Source of the DNA: Clostridia bacterium | GTDB taxonomy: Bacteria; Bacillota; Clostridia; Christensenellales; Aristaeellaceae | Assembly: GCA_017512675.1 (NCBI GenBank) | Contig: JAFWEY010000198.1 | Location: 1,803-65,802 of the forward strand | Reading direction: 5' to 3' | Length of the DNA: 64,000 nucleotides | Part shown: positions 1-8,867 of the stretch, piece after piece | How positions within the stretch are numbered: the stretch's first letter is position 1 | Layout: each line of letters begins with the position of its first letter | The notes under the pieces: model-generated | Databases searched by the model: none | Told to the model about the DNA's origin: nothing | What the model saw: only the letters and a program-made list of their open reading frames with translations | Translations under genes and position numbers: made by a program

Positions 1-447
1 CGCGCCCTCCGGCAAATCCGCAATGACATGAAGCGTGGTCTCTCCCTCTCCGGACACACCCCACAGAGCCTTCCTGCCGTCCACCAGAACAGATGATATG
101 GAGACTCCGCCGAATGAAAAGCCGTTTTCTCCGTACAGCATCGAAACCCGTTTTCCGTCTGACGGCACGGTCGTCCGGCGCCGAAGGCTGTTGGCCGGAA
201 TCTGAAACAGGATTTCGCCGATCGGGCCGCCGGTATCGTTGGAAAAGAAAACAGCCTGCGACGCGTGTACGCCGCCGGCTGCTTCTTCCACCGTCAGGGA
301 TAACTGAATTCCCGGAGCATTTTCCTCCGCAGATGCGATGGTCATCAACGCGTAGCCGATCGTGGTCGCGATCAGCAGAACGCACAGAATCAGGGCGATC
401 AGCCGAACCATCTTCTGCCTTGGAGACCCGCTTTTCGATGCTTTCAT
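1..447 (-). CDS. hypothetical membrane-anchored protein, N-terminal part (gene runs off the left edge)
   Basis: Own translation of the minus strand. GAAAGGAG RBS, then ATG at 447..445. MKASKSGSPRQKMVRLIALILCVLLIATTIGYALMTIASAEENAPGIQLSL... stays open to base 1 and has a hydrophobic N-terminal segment. Absent from the ORF track because it is truncated. The plus-strand ORF 93..488 is Arg-rich and looks spurious. Confidence 0.5.
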   Translation of the reverse strand, partial: MKASKSGSPRQKMVRLIALILCVLLIATTIGYALMTIASAEENAPGIQLSLTVEEAAGGVHASQAVFFSNDTGGPIGEILFQIPANSLRRRTTVPSDGKRVSMLYGENGFSFGGVSISSVLVDGRKALWGVSGEGETTLHVIADLPEGA

Positions 448-469
448 ATGTACTCCTTTCCGGACTGAA

Positions 470-1198
470 TCAGAACGTCGTGAAGTGATTGAACGGCCAG
501 ATCACGTAACGCACCTTGCCGACCAAATCCTCCGCTGCGATCAGGCCGAGGGAATCATCCCGGCTGTCATACGTGGACATGCGGTTGTCTCCCATGACGT
601 AATACCGATTGGGAGAAACCGTTCGCCCTTCGTAGTTCTCGTACGTTCTGAACATATAGCTCTCCAGAAAGCGCTCGCCGTTGATATACGTTTCCCCGTC
701 CTTCACCTCTATGGTCTCCCCGGGAAGGCCGATAATCCTGCGCAGAATCACGCCTTTGTCATCCCGGATCGCGACAATTTCACCGCGCATCGGAGCCTGT
801 TCCCTGTAATCTCCCTTTGTCACCAGAACAAGATCCCCGTCCATCATCGTTTCGTACATCGAATCCCCGGAGACTTTGATTACTTCAAACACGTTGGTAC
901 GCAGATACTGACTGATTCCAAACGCAATCACGATTGCCGCGATCCAGAGAAGCAGCGTTACGAATGGATTCCTTCTTTTTTTTCTGCGCACTCCATGACG
1001 CCTCTGACCGGAAGGCGCCCTTCTTCTCTGCGCCGATGAACCCGCCGGCCGGTTTCTCTGTGAGGATGCGCTGCGCCGTCTGGCTGAAGAAGACGTTTTT
1101 GAGGAGGATCCGCGCTTCTTTGCGGAGCGGACTTCTGGCTCTTCTTCCCATCGGATCGGTTTACTCATCTTCCAAAGCACCTTCTTTTCGTTCGACAA
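470..1198 (-). CDS. lepB: signal peptidase I
   Basis: 242-aa ORF with a basic N-terminal tail, one TM segment, a catalytic Ser box (GDSMYETM) and the conserved GDNRMSTYDSRD box. Stop is TGA. The start could be the internal Met at 1168. Confidence 0.88.
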   Translation of the reverse strand: MSNEKKVLWKMSKPIRWEEEPEVRSAKKRGSSSKTSSSARRRSASSQRNRPAGSSAQRRRAPSGQRRHGVRRKKRRNPFVTLLLWIAAIVIAFGISQYLRTNVFEVIKVSGDSMYETMMDGDLVLVTKGDYREQAPMRGEIVAIRDDKGVILRRIIGLPGETIEVKDGETYINGERFLESYMFRTYENYEGRTVSPNRYYVMGDNRMSTYDSRDDSLGLIAAEDLVGKVRYVIWPFNHFTTF

Positions 1199-1364
1199 TT
1201 TTCCTGACTCTTTTTTCGAATACCGGCCTGTCGAGCATCACCACGCGCCCGCAGCCCTTGCATTTGATTTTTACGTCAGCGCCCACCCGCGTGATTTCCC
1301 ACAGAAGACTTCCGCAGGGATGGGGCTTGCGCATTTGCACGATATCTTCCAGACGAATGTCCAT
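1161..1364 (-). CDS. DUF951 family small protein (YyzM-like)
   Basis: 67 aa. The KPHPCGS...W...RVGADVKIKCKGCGRVVML...FEKRV pattern matches DUF951/YyzM as I remember it. GAGGG RBS upstream. Confidence 0.75.
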   Translation of the reverse strand: MDIRLEDIVQMRKPHPCGSLLWEITRVGADVKIKCKGCGRVVMLDRPVFEKRVRKIVERKEGALEDE

Positions 1365-1407
1365 TGTCCCTCACTCTTTTGCCTGCCGGCTTGACGACAG
1401 CCCAATT

Positions 1408-1435
1408 ATTATACACAATTCCGGTTAAGCGTCAA
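1408..1435 (-). promoter_or_regulatory. sigma-A-type promoter for DUF951-lepB (TTGACG-16 nt-TATAAT on the minus strand)
   Basis: The minus strand reads TTGACG (1435..1430), a 16-nt spacer, then TATAAT (1413..1408), about 45 nt upstream of the ATG at 1364. Confidence 0.45.
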
Positions 1436-1444
1436 CAGGAAAAA

Positions 1445-2776
1445 CTATTTTCCAACACAGAAATCCCGAAAAACGCGGTCAATGACCTCTTCCCGCGCGT
1501 TTTCTCCCGTGATCTCGCACAGACTGTTCAGCGCGTCCATCAAATCGATCCCGATCACGTCCGCGCTCAGCCCCTGTTCAAGGGACGATAGCGCCTGCTT
1601 CAGGCTTTCCGCCGCTTTTTTCGCCAGAAAAATCTGCCGCTCGGTGGTCAAAACCGCTTCCTGAAGCTGCAGCTTCCCGGCCATTTCGGTGAATCTTCCG
1701 AGCAGCTCTTCCACTCCTTCGCCTGTCCTGGCGGAAACGACGATCGAAGGAACCCTGTGATTCTGCGGAATCTCGATTTTCTGAGGGAGATCCTCCTTGT
1801 TGATCACCAGGATCGTCCTTTGATCGGCGCGGTCGAGAAGTTCCCGATCTTCCCGGGAAAGCTCTTCCGAGCCGTCCACGACGAGGACCTTGATATCCGC
1901 TTCCTTTTCCGCTTTTCTGGCGAGATTCACCCCAATTCTTTCGACCGCGTTCTCTGTTTCCCGCTGCCCCGCGGTATCCACAAGCGTGATCGGAATACCG
2001 TTTACCTGAAAGCTCTCCCGCAAAAGATCCCTGGTCGTACCGGGATACTCGGTTACAATCGCGCGCTCACAGCCCAGAATTGCGTTCATCAGCGAAGATT
2101 TGCCGGTGTTGGGTTTTCCGATCAGCGCGACGGTCAGCCCGTCCCGCAAAAGGCGAAACCTCTCTTCGTTCGATTCCTGCTCCACAGAGGACAGAAGCGA
2201 TCGGATCTCAGATTTCAGCTGCGAGGCGTCCTTTTCCTCGTCCATTTCCTCCGGAAAATCCATCGCCGCTTCAGTCATCGACAGGATTCCCGTGAGCGCT
2301 TCCTTCCACCGTGAAACCTTTGCCGAAACGCCTCCTTCCAGCGCGCGAAGAGCGGAACGCGAAGCTGCCTCGCCGCCGGCGGAAATAAAACTCATCACGG
2401 CTTCTGCCTGACTCAGATCGATTCTGCCGTTCAGAAACGCCCGTTTGGTAAACTCACCCGGCTGCGCAGGCCGCGCTCCCGCGGCCAATACCCGTTTCAG
2501 GCACCGTTCCGCCGTCAGCACACCGCCGTGGCACTGAATTTCACAGATATCCTCGCGGGTATATGTCTTCGGCGCCGGAAAGAAAACGGCCATGCAATCG
2601 TCCAGTCTTTCTCCCGCGTCGCCGGAAACGAACCCGTACTGCAGTCGGCCGGGCAGTATTGCCCCGCTCTTCGGATGAAAGCAACGCTCGAGGATCCTGC
2701 GCGCATCCGGACCGCTGACGCGCACGATTGCGATGCCGCCGATTCCTCTTGGCGTGGAAATTGCAGCGATCGTCAT
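1445..2776 (-). CDS. mnmE: tRNA modification GTPase MnmE
   Basis: ORF 1445..2842 trimmed to Met23, giving MTIAAISTPRGIGGIAIVRVSG, the canonical MnmE N-terminus. G-domain GKPNTGKSS and DTAG; C-terminal FCVGK motif. The ATG overlaps the dnaN stop (ATGA at 2773-2776). Stop codon is TAG. Confidence 0.95.
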   Translation of the reverse strand: MTIAAISTPRGIGGIAIVRVSGPDARRILERCFHPKSGAILPGRLQYGFVSGDAGERLDDCMAVFFPAPKTYTREDICEIQCHGGVLTAERCLKRVLAAGARPAQPGEFTKRAFLNGRIDLSQAEAVMSFISAGGEAASRSALRALEGGVSAKVSRWKEALTGILSMTEAAMDFPEEMDEEKDASQLKSEIRSLLSSVEQESNEERFRLLRDGLTVALIGKPNTGKSSLMNAILGCERAIVTEYPGTTRDLLRESFQVNGIPITLVDTAGQRETENAVERIGVNLARKAEKEADIKVLVVDGSEELSREDRELLDRADQRTILVINKEDLPQKIEIPQNHRVPSIVVSARTGEGVEELLGRFTEMAGKLQLQEAVLTTERQIFLAKKAAESLKQALSSLEQGLSADVIGIDLMDALNSLCEITGENAREEVIDRVFRDFCVGK

Positions 2777-3879
2777 GCGTTTACGCGAACCGGCAGGATC
2801 AGATAGAGATAGGAATCTCCGCTTACAGGACAGACGACGCACGGGCTTACCGGCGAATTGAACCGCATATAGGCTTCATCGTCCGGCAATACGCGCAGCA
2901 CGTCTGAAACATACAGAACGTTGAACGCGATCGACAGATCGTCGCCCACCACTTCGACTTCCTGCTTCTCGTAGATTTCACCCGTTTCCGAATTGGAGGT
3001 GATCACCAGTTCGTCCGGGGAAATCTGCATTTTCAGCAGATTGTTTTTTCCTTCCCTGGCAATGAGGGAAGCACGTTCCACGCAATGCTGCATGGACTCT
3101 CTGCCGATGCAGATCTGCGTTTTGTATACGCTGGGAAGAATTGCGCGATAATTGGTGTACTCCCCGTCAATCAGCGTGGAATAAACCGTCGTTACGCCGA
3201 GGGTCATCATCATTTGGGTGCCGCCGATCTGCAGCGTCGCGGTTTTTTCCTCGTCCTCCTCAAGAATCCTGCCGATTTCCTGAACCGCTTTCATCGGAAT
3301 GATGGCCTTGAGCTGTACGGAGGAATCGGCAATTCTCTGTTTGCTGAGGGCGAGCCGATAGCCGTCCAGACATACGATGCACATTTCCCCTTCGGAGATT
3401 TCAAGAAAAGCGCCTGTCAGAACTCTATGGGAGCTTTCCGACGCGATCGCAAAGGAGGTTTGCTGAATCATGTCGTGCAAAACGGACTGGCTCAGTTCCA
3501 CTGAGTTTTCGGCGCTCAGAATCGGCAGCGGAGGATAGAATCTGGCGTCCTGGCCGGACAGAGTCATTCTGACACTGCCGCTTTTGAGCGAAAGAACGGA
3601 CTGGCTGTTTACCGCCGCCTTCAGTTCTCCGCTGGGCATTTTCCTGACGATGTCCAAAAACAGGCGTCCCGGAAGTACCACCGCGCCGTTTTCTTCGATT
3701 TGTGCGGAAACGCGGGTAACGATGCTCATGTTTCCGTCAGAACAGGTGAGAAGGAGATCGTTATCGCCGGTTTGCAGCAAAACTCCTTCCAGAATGGGCT
3801 GGGTGGTTCTTGCGGACAAAACGCGGGTCACAGTGCTCAGCCCGCGCAGAAGATCCTCATTGCTCGTGCGAAATTTCAT
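2773..3879 (-). CDS. dnaN: DNA polymerase III beta sliding clamp
   Basis: 368 aa with three-domain clamp-like length and sequence (MKFRTSNEDLLRGLSTV...). Lies immediately downstream of dnaA. GGAGG RBS upstream. Confidence 0.93.
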   Translation of the reverse strand: MKFRTSNEDLLRGLSTVTRVLSARTTQPILEGVLLQTGDNDLLLTCSDGNMSIVTRVSAQIEENGAVVLPGRLFLDIVRKMPSGELKAAVNSQSVLSLKSGSVRMTLSGQDARFYPPLPILSAENSVELSQSVLHDMIQQTSFAIASESSHRVLTGAFLEISEGEMCIVCLDGYRLALSKQRIADSSVQLKAIIPMKAVQEIGRILEEDEEKTATLQIGGTQMMMTLGVTTVYSTLIDGEYTNYRAILPSVYKTQICIGRESMQHCVERASLIAREGKNNLLKMQISPDELVITSNSETGEIYEKQEVEVVGDDLSIAFNVLYVSDVLRVLPDDEAYMRFNSPVSPCVVCPVSGDSYLYLILPVRVNA

Positions 3880-3933
3880 CAGTGTATTCCTCCGATTGCT
3901 CTAGAATAAATGTCGTATCAGTCGCCGTAATGC

Positions 3934-4044
3934 GGTGGATTCCGTGGAAAACCCCGGATTGTCCGCTGTTTCAGCGGGTTTTTTATAAACAGGACGGGTC
4001 GGATAAGCGGCCGATTCGGCGGGAAAACCCGGTTGTTTTCCACA
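3934..4044. promoter_or_regulatory. degenerate DnaA-box cluster in the dnaA-dnaN spacer (candidate second half of a bipartite oriC)
   Basis: TTTTCCACA at 4036-4044. CGTGGAAAA at 3943-3951 (reverse complement TTTTCCACG). GGTGGATTC at 3934-3942. TCGGATAAG at 3999-4007 (reverse complement CTTATCCGA). Short AT-rich run TTTTTTATAAA at 3979-3989. Confidence 0.45.
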
Positions 4045-4066
4045 TTCCGCATTCCCGTTCGGAACG

Positions 4067-5404
4067 CTATCCCTCGAGGATGATCCGCCGCAAATCGCCG
4101 ATCGTTTCCTGCAAATGCGGGTCCGTTTTCAGCAGGGCCTCAATTTTCTTACAGCCGTGCATGATGGTCGTATGATCGCGCCCGCCGAATACGTCGCCCA
4201 TCCGGGTTGTGGACAGGGAGGTCATTTCCTGGGTAAGATACATTGCGATCTGCCTGGGAACGGCGATTTCCCGGTTCCTCCTTTGGGAAAGCAGGTCTTC
4301 TTTGTTCAGGTGATGGTATTCGGCGACAGCTGTCAGGATGATTTCAGGGGTAATGCGCCTGACGTCGCGCACGCTGATGATATTGGAAAGTGATTCCTGT
4401 GCGAGCTCAAGCGTGATCGGCTGACGGTCAATGACCGATTTCGCGTTCACCCGGGTGAGACTGCCTTCAAGCTCCCGGATATTCGATTCGACCTTCTCCG
4501 CGATGAAATTCAGAACATCATCAGAAACCTGTATGTGCTCGTTTGCCGCTTTTTTGCGCAGTATGGCTACGCGCGTTTCATAATCCGGTTTTTGGATATC
4601 GGCAATCAGGCCCCACTCAAAACGGGAAGTCATCCTTTCTTCCAGCGTCGGAATGTCCTTCGGGGGACGGTCGGAGGAGATGATGACCTGTTTTGAGGAG
4701 GAATGCAGGTGGTTGAATGTGTGGAAAAACTCTTCCTGGGTCGATGTTTTTCCGGCGATGAACTGAATGTCGTCGATCATCAGTACATCCACGCTGCGGA
4801 ATTTGTCGCGCATCTGCGCGGTAGTGTTGGTCTGAATCGCGTGAATGACTTCATTGGTGAAGGATTCGCTGGTGGTGTAAAGCAGCTTGCACGTCGGGTC
4901 GGAAGCGAGAATATGGTGCCCGATCGCGTGCATCAGGTGCGTTTTCCCGAGACCGACGCCGCCGTACAGAAACAGAGGATTGTACGCGTCTGCGGGCATT
5001 TCCGCGACAGCAAGGGACGCGGCATGCGCAAACCGATTGGAATCCCCGACGACGAACGTGTCGAAGGTGTATTTGGGATTCAGCATGTCCTGCACGGTGT
5101 TCCTGCCGTCCTGATTGTTCTCAGGTTCCACCGGGATCGGATCGTTCCGATTGACGATAACGATGGTATAGCTGCGTCCGAATGCCTGGCGCACCGCTTC
5201 GGTCAGTATCGTCAGATACCGATTCTTTAACACCTGGATGCCGAACGGATCATCCAGCCCGACATACAGGCGATCGCCGTGCATGGCCACGACGCTCAAG
5301 GAGCGAAACCATGTATTATAGGCCGGTGCGGACAGGGACTTTTCAAATATGCGAAGCGTTTCGGCCCAGACATCCTTTTCCGTTTCTATAATTCTCTCTT
5401 CCAT
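4067..5404 (-). CDS. dnaA: chromosomal replication initiator DnaA
   Basis: AAA+ Walker A GGVGLGKTHL and a C-terminal DNA-binding domain. Start moved from 5440 to ATG 5404, because AGGTGG lies 8 nt upstream and two perfect DnaA boxes fall inside the longer ORF. Stop codon is TAG. Confidence 0.95.
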   Translation of the reverse strand: MEERIIETEKDVWAETLRIFEKSLSAPAYNTWFRSLSVVAMHGDRLYVGLDDPFGIQVLKNRYLTILTEAVRQAFGRSYTIVIVNRNDPIPVEPENNQDGRNTVQDMLNPKYTFDTFVVGDSNRFAHAASLAVAEMPADAYNPLFLYGGVGLGKTHLMHAIGHHILASDPTCKLLYTTSESFTNEVIHAIQTNTTAQMRDKFRSVDVLMIDDIQFIAGKTSTQEEFFHTFNHLHSSSKQVIISSDRPPKDIPTLEERMTSRFEWGLIADIQKPDYETRVAILRKKAANEHIQVSDDVLNFIAEKVESNIRELEGSLTRVNAKSVIDRQPITLELAQESLSNIISVRDVRRITPEIILTAVAEYHHLNKEDLLSQRRNREIAVPRQIAMYLTQEMTSLSTTRMGDVFGGRDHTTIMHGCKKIEALLKTDPHLQETIGDLRRIILEG

Positions 5405-5745
5405 TTCGTTTTCCACCTGAATTATCCACATTTTATCCACAGAACGTGGATGAACAGTCGTTATTGGGGATAAACCCGCTCATATTTTAGCAAATTATTA
5501 CGCCTTTTTCAAGAGAATCTGTCAATTATGGGACAGAAAAAGTTTTGGCCGCGAAATTGCGCTTCGGTCGGGTTTGAAAACCGACATACAGTGGCTATGG
5601 ATTTGGAGATTTCCTATTATATGTGCTCCTGATAATCGCAAGTGTTCTTTGGAGAACCGGCTGCGTTGCTGCTGTTTCTGCCGGATCTCCTTGCATTTCA
5701 AAAATGTTCGTGTTATCATACCATAGGAAATAATCGGTACGGGAG
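5405..5745. other. candidate oriC / dnaA promoter region
   Basis: 341-bp non-coding spacer. It contains the DnaA-box cluster and the most AT-rich stretches of the left part of the window (for example 5481-5530 and 5600-5640). No convincing ORF. Confidence 0.5.
5422..5473. promoter_or_regulatory. cluster of four DnaA boxes directly upstream of dnaA
   Basis: TTATCCACA at 5422-5430 and 5433-5441, both perfect consensus. CGTGGATGA at 5445-5453 (reverse complement TCATCCACG). TGGGGATAA at 5465-5473 (reverse complement TTATCCCCA). Confidence 0.8.
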
Positions 5746-6588
5746 ATGGAATCGGCATTGCTGGATATCGTTTCGGCAGCGGGAGAGATTGCCCGCGAAG
5801 CGGGAAAGCTGCTCATCGAAAAGGAAGAGAAACGGGACTACGGAATCAGTGAAAAAGGCACCTCCTATGATTTTGTCACGGAAGCGGATACGGCTTCGCA
5901 GAACCTGATCAAAGAAAGGGTGCGGGCTTTGTTTCCCGGGGACAGGGTTATCGGGGAGGAGGACAATCTTTCCGATGCCCAGGTTGTCAGAGAGCTGAAA
6001 AACGTTCCGGAAAATCAGCGCATATGGCTGGTGGATCCTCTGGATGGAACGCTCAACTTTATCAAGGGGCTCGGCGGTTATGCTGTCTCCATTGCCGTGA
6101 TACAGGGCGGTGCGACCGTTGCCGGAGCGGTCTATATGCCGCAGGGAGAAGAACTGTATCTGGCGGAACAGGGTGCAGGTGCCAGCCGAAACGGGCAGAG
6201 AATACGAACCGCTCATCACAGGGAGCTCAAGGACGCGCTTGCGGCGACGGGGATTCCGGTCAGTCCGATTCATTTGCGGGCGCGTACGGGGATTTGGAAC
6301 AATGCGGTCGGCCTTGAAGCGCTGAATCTGAGAATGCTGGGATCCGCGGCACGCAGCCAGTGCAAGGTTGCAAGCGGCGGGCTGGATGTTTATTTCGAGT
6401 ACGGGCCGCATCCCTGGGATCTGGCTGCGGGAATGCTGATGGTTACCGAGGCAGGCGGCAAGGTGAGCCGGCTGGACGGGGGTCCGTTCGATTGGGGATT
6501 CGGCGGCGTAATAGAATCGAGCGAAGAGATTCATCAGGCGGTTGTCGAACTGCTGAAGCGGGCAGACCCCGCGATATCGGATTTCTGA
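5746..6588 (+). CDS. inositol monophosphatase family protein (SuhB-like)
   Basis: 280 aa with IMPase motifs EEDN... and WLVDPLDGTLNFIKG. Confidence 0.85.
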   Translation: MESALLDIVSAAGEIAREAGKLLIEKEEKRDYGISEKGTSYDFVTEADTASQNLIKERVRALFPGDRVIGEEDNLSDAQVVRELKNVPENQRIWLVDPLDGTLNFIKGLGGYAVSIAVIQGGATVAGAVYMPQGEELYLAEQGAGASRNGQRIRTAHHRELKDALAATGIPVSPIHLRARTGIWNNAVGLEALNLRMLGSAARSQCKVASGGLDVYFEYGPHPWDLAAGMLMVTEAGGKVSRLDGGPFDWGFGGVIESSEEIHQAVVELLKRADPAISDF

Positions 6589-6774
6589 TTTCAACCGGCG
6601 GATGGCGGATTGGGAAGCGCAACGGATGCTGCCGCGGAGATTGGGGTGCTTTTCTGCAGGAGCGGATTCTGAATCGAAAGAGTGATACGGCGTCTGCCAT
6701 GCGCCGTCCTGGCCCGCTCCGGCTCAACGGGATTTCTCGCTGCAAAAGCGTCATCAGAAAGCGGCACGAAATGG

Positions 6775-6808
6775 AAGGAACAGCAGAAGACGTCTGCTGT
6801 TCCTTTTC
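6775..6808 (+). terminator. intrinsic terminator between convergent suhB-like and gtrA-like genes
   Basis: 12-bp stem AAGGAACAGCAG / CTGCTGTTCCTT with a 7-nt loop, followed by TTTTCGC. Confidence 0.6.
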
Positions 6809-6840
6809 GCTGCGATTCCACGAACGGCGCGGACCGAAGA

Positions 6841-7254
6841 TCATCGGTTTTCCCGGAAGGCAAAGAATTTCTGCCCGAAATAATTGAATCCTGTGAACAG
6901 CACCTGGCCGGTCAGCAGAGCCGCCCGCTCCGGATCCAGTGGGGTTTCGGGGAGCAGACGTTCCAGAATCCAGCGGGTCAGAGGCCGTGCGACGGAATAG
7001 GCCAGGAAGTAGCACACCGCAATGCTCAGCGCGAAACGCCAGAGAGTATCACTGATCTTCCTGCTGCTGTGGAACGAAAACCGTCTGTTCAGAAAATAGC
7101 TCAGAATGCTGGTAAAAACAAATGCGGCTGCGCTTGAAAGCCAGTATCCCGCGCCGACGGTCATCAGCCCCTGCATAATCCCCTGTGACAGAACCGTATT
7201 GCCGGCGCCGATCAAAAGAAAGGGCAAAAGGCTTTTATCGACGATCTGTTTCAT
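6841..7254 (-). CDS. GtrA family membrane protein
   Basis: ORF trimmed to MKQIVDKSLLPFLLIGAGNTV... The ATG overlaps the recO stop as ATGA (7251-7254). Four hydrophobic segments and the ...FLNRRFSF motif typical of GtrA-like proteins. Confidence 0.72.
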   Translation of the reverse strand: MKQIVDKSLLPFLLIGAGNTVLSQGIMQGLMTVGAGYWLSSAAAFVFTSILSYFLNRRFSFHSSRKISDTLWRFALSIAVCYFLAYSVARPLTRWILERLLPETPLDPERAALLTGQVLFTGFNYFGQKFFAFRENR

Positions 7255-7991
7255 GATTGCTCCGTTTGGGAAAGATCCGGAAGCTCCGGCCAGACGGACG
7301 GATGCAGTTCCAGCCGGCTCTGAATAAACGCGCGGGACAAATGCGCTGCTTCCGGCCATTCCGGACGGTCCTCCAGTTTGTCGATGACTTCAAAGCGGGT
7401 TTGCGGAACGCGCAGCAGGATGCGGCGGGCGCCGTTGGAAATTCGCCTGCCGGAAGCAGGGCAATTCAGGCAAATTGTACCTCCCCGGGACGGGTCAAAG
7501 CGCGCGGGGCCTTCGATCGGTTTCCCGCACCGTCCGCAGGAATCCATGCGGGGAGCCTGACCGATACAGGAGAGCAGGTGCAGTTCAAAAGCCATGGTGA
7601 CCAGCGCTTCCGGAAGGTTTCCGTATGAGAAGAAGGCCAGGGCACGGAGCGCGGTCAGAAATAGGCGGCGGTTTTCGTCCCCGGGCTGAACGACGGTCAA
7701 AAGAAGACGGAGCAGATAGGAGGCGTGAGTCAGCCGTTCATACTGCTCCCGAAGCGGAAAGAAGCTCTCCTGAATGCGGCACTGCGCGACGGAGAGCCTG
7801 CCGTGTGTTTCGTGAAGCTCGTATTCTCCGGCACAGAATAGCTCCGTCGCGTTCGTCAGCGGAGAACGCGCTTTCAGGCAGCCCCGCGCAATGGCGTCCA
7901 GGCGCCCGTGGTCCGGCGAAAACAGGGTGACCATTCGGTCGTTGTCCCGGTAGGCGGTACGGTGGAGGACAAGCGCGTCCGTGATGATCAT
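7251..7991 (-). CDS. recO: DNA repair protein RecO
   Basis: 246 aa with an OB-fold N-terminus MIITDALVLHRTAYRDNDRMVTLF and a Cys-rich zinc motif CGRCGK...CLNC. ATGA overlap with the era stop (7988-7991). Confidence 0.9.
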   Translation of the reverse strand: MIITDALVLHRTAYRDNDRMVTLFSPDHGRLDAIARGCLKARSPLTNATELFCAGEYELHETHGRLSVAQCRIQESFFPLREQYERLTHASYLLRLLLTVVQPGDENRRLFLTALRALAFFSYGNLPEALVTMAFELHLLSCIGQAPRMDSCGRCGKPIEGPARFDPSRGGTICLNCPASGRRISNGARRILLRVPQTRFEVIDKLEDRPEWPEAAHLSRAFIQSRLELHPSVWPELPDLSQTEQS

Positions 7992-8866
7992 TCCTCGTAA
8001 CCCAGCGTGCGAAGATCGGATGCGCGGTTGCGCCAGTCTTCGCGCACGCGCACCCAGATTTTCAGCATCACGCGCGTTCCCAGCAGGCGTTCGATATCCA
8101 TGCGGGACTGTTCCCCGATGGTCCGCAGCATGGCGCCGTTTTTGCCGATGATAATGGCTTTGTGCGAGGCTTTCTCGCAGTAGAGATCCGCGTGGATTTC
8201 CGTAAGATGGTCGGAAAGCTGCTCAATCCGCATCATCTCGACGCCGACGCCGTGCGGAATCTCTTCGCGCAGGTTGAGAAGCGCTTTTTCCCGAATGATT
8301 TCCGCGCAAAGCACGCGCTCCGGCTGATCGGTGATCATGTCATCCGGGAAGTATTTCGGGCCTTCCGGCATCGCGTTCGCGAGCAGTGAAAACAGGATAT
8401 CCATGTTGTCGCCGCGCTTAGCGGATACGGAAACGATCTGGTCGAAGGAAATGTCGTGCAGTTTGGCCAGCTGCGGCATCAGAACCTCCGGCGTGACGAT
8501 GTCGATTTTGTTCACCGCCAGGTACTTCGGACAGCGCATCTGCGACAGATCGTTGAGGATCGCCAGATCCCCTTCGCCGATGTGCTGCCCGTCCACGACG
8601 GCAAGCACCGCATCCACGCCCTCGCGGGCGTCGTTTGCTGTTTTTACCATGTATTCGCCGAGCCTGGTGCGCGGTTTGTGCAGGCCGGGCGTGTCGACAA
8701 ATACGATTTGCACGCCGCTTCGGTTCGCGACTCCCAGGATCTTGTTGCGGGTCGTCTGGGGGCGATTCGATACGATGGCCACTTTTTCGCCGACAAAGGC
8801 GTTCATGATGCTGGATTTTCCCACGTTCGGGCGGCCCAGTATAGCCACAAAGCCGGATTTGAACAC
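7988..8866 (-). CDS. era: GTPase Era
   Basis: GRPNVGKSS, DTPG, NKID and a C-terminal KH domain. The long ORF (to 8959) overlaps ftsY. GTG at 8866 is preceded by AGGAGG 6 nt upstream and gives the canonical N-terminus VFKSGFVAILG. Confidence 0.9.
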   Translation of the reverse strand: MFKSGFVAILGRPNVGKSSIMNAFVGEKVAIVSNRPQTTRNKILGVANRSGVQIVFVDTPGLHKPRTRLGEYMVKTANDAREGVDAVLAVVDGQHIGEGDLAILNDLSQMRCPKYLAVNKIDIVTPEVLMPQLAKLHDISFDQIVSVSAKRGDNMDILFSLLANAMPEGPKYFPDDMITDQPERVLCAEIIREKALLNLREEIPHGVGVEMMRIEQLSDHLTEIHADLYCEKASHKAIIIGKNGAMLRTIGEQSRMDIERLLGTRVMLKIWVRVREDWRNRASDLRTLGYEE

Positions 8867-8867
8867 G

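Noticed and set aside
93-1039. Plus-strand ORFs 93..488 and 362..1039 at the left edge.
   Set aside because: Arg-rich, motif-free translations opposite a coherent minus-strand reading frame (the truncated membrane protein at 1..447 and lepB).
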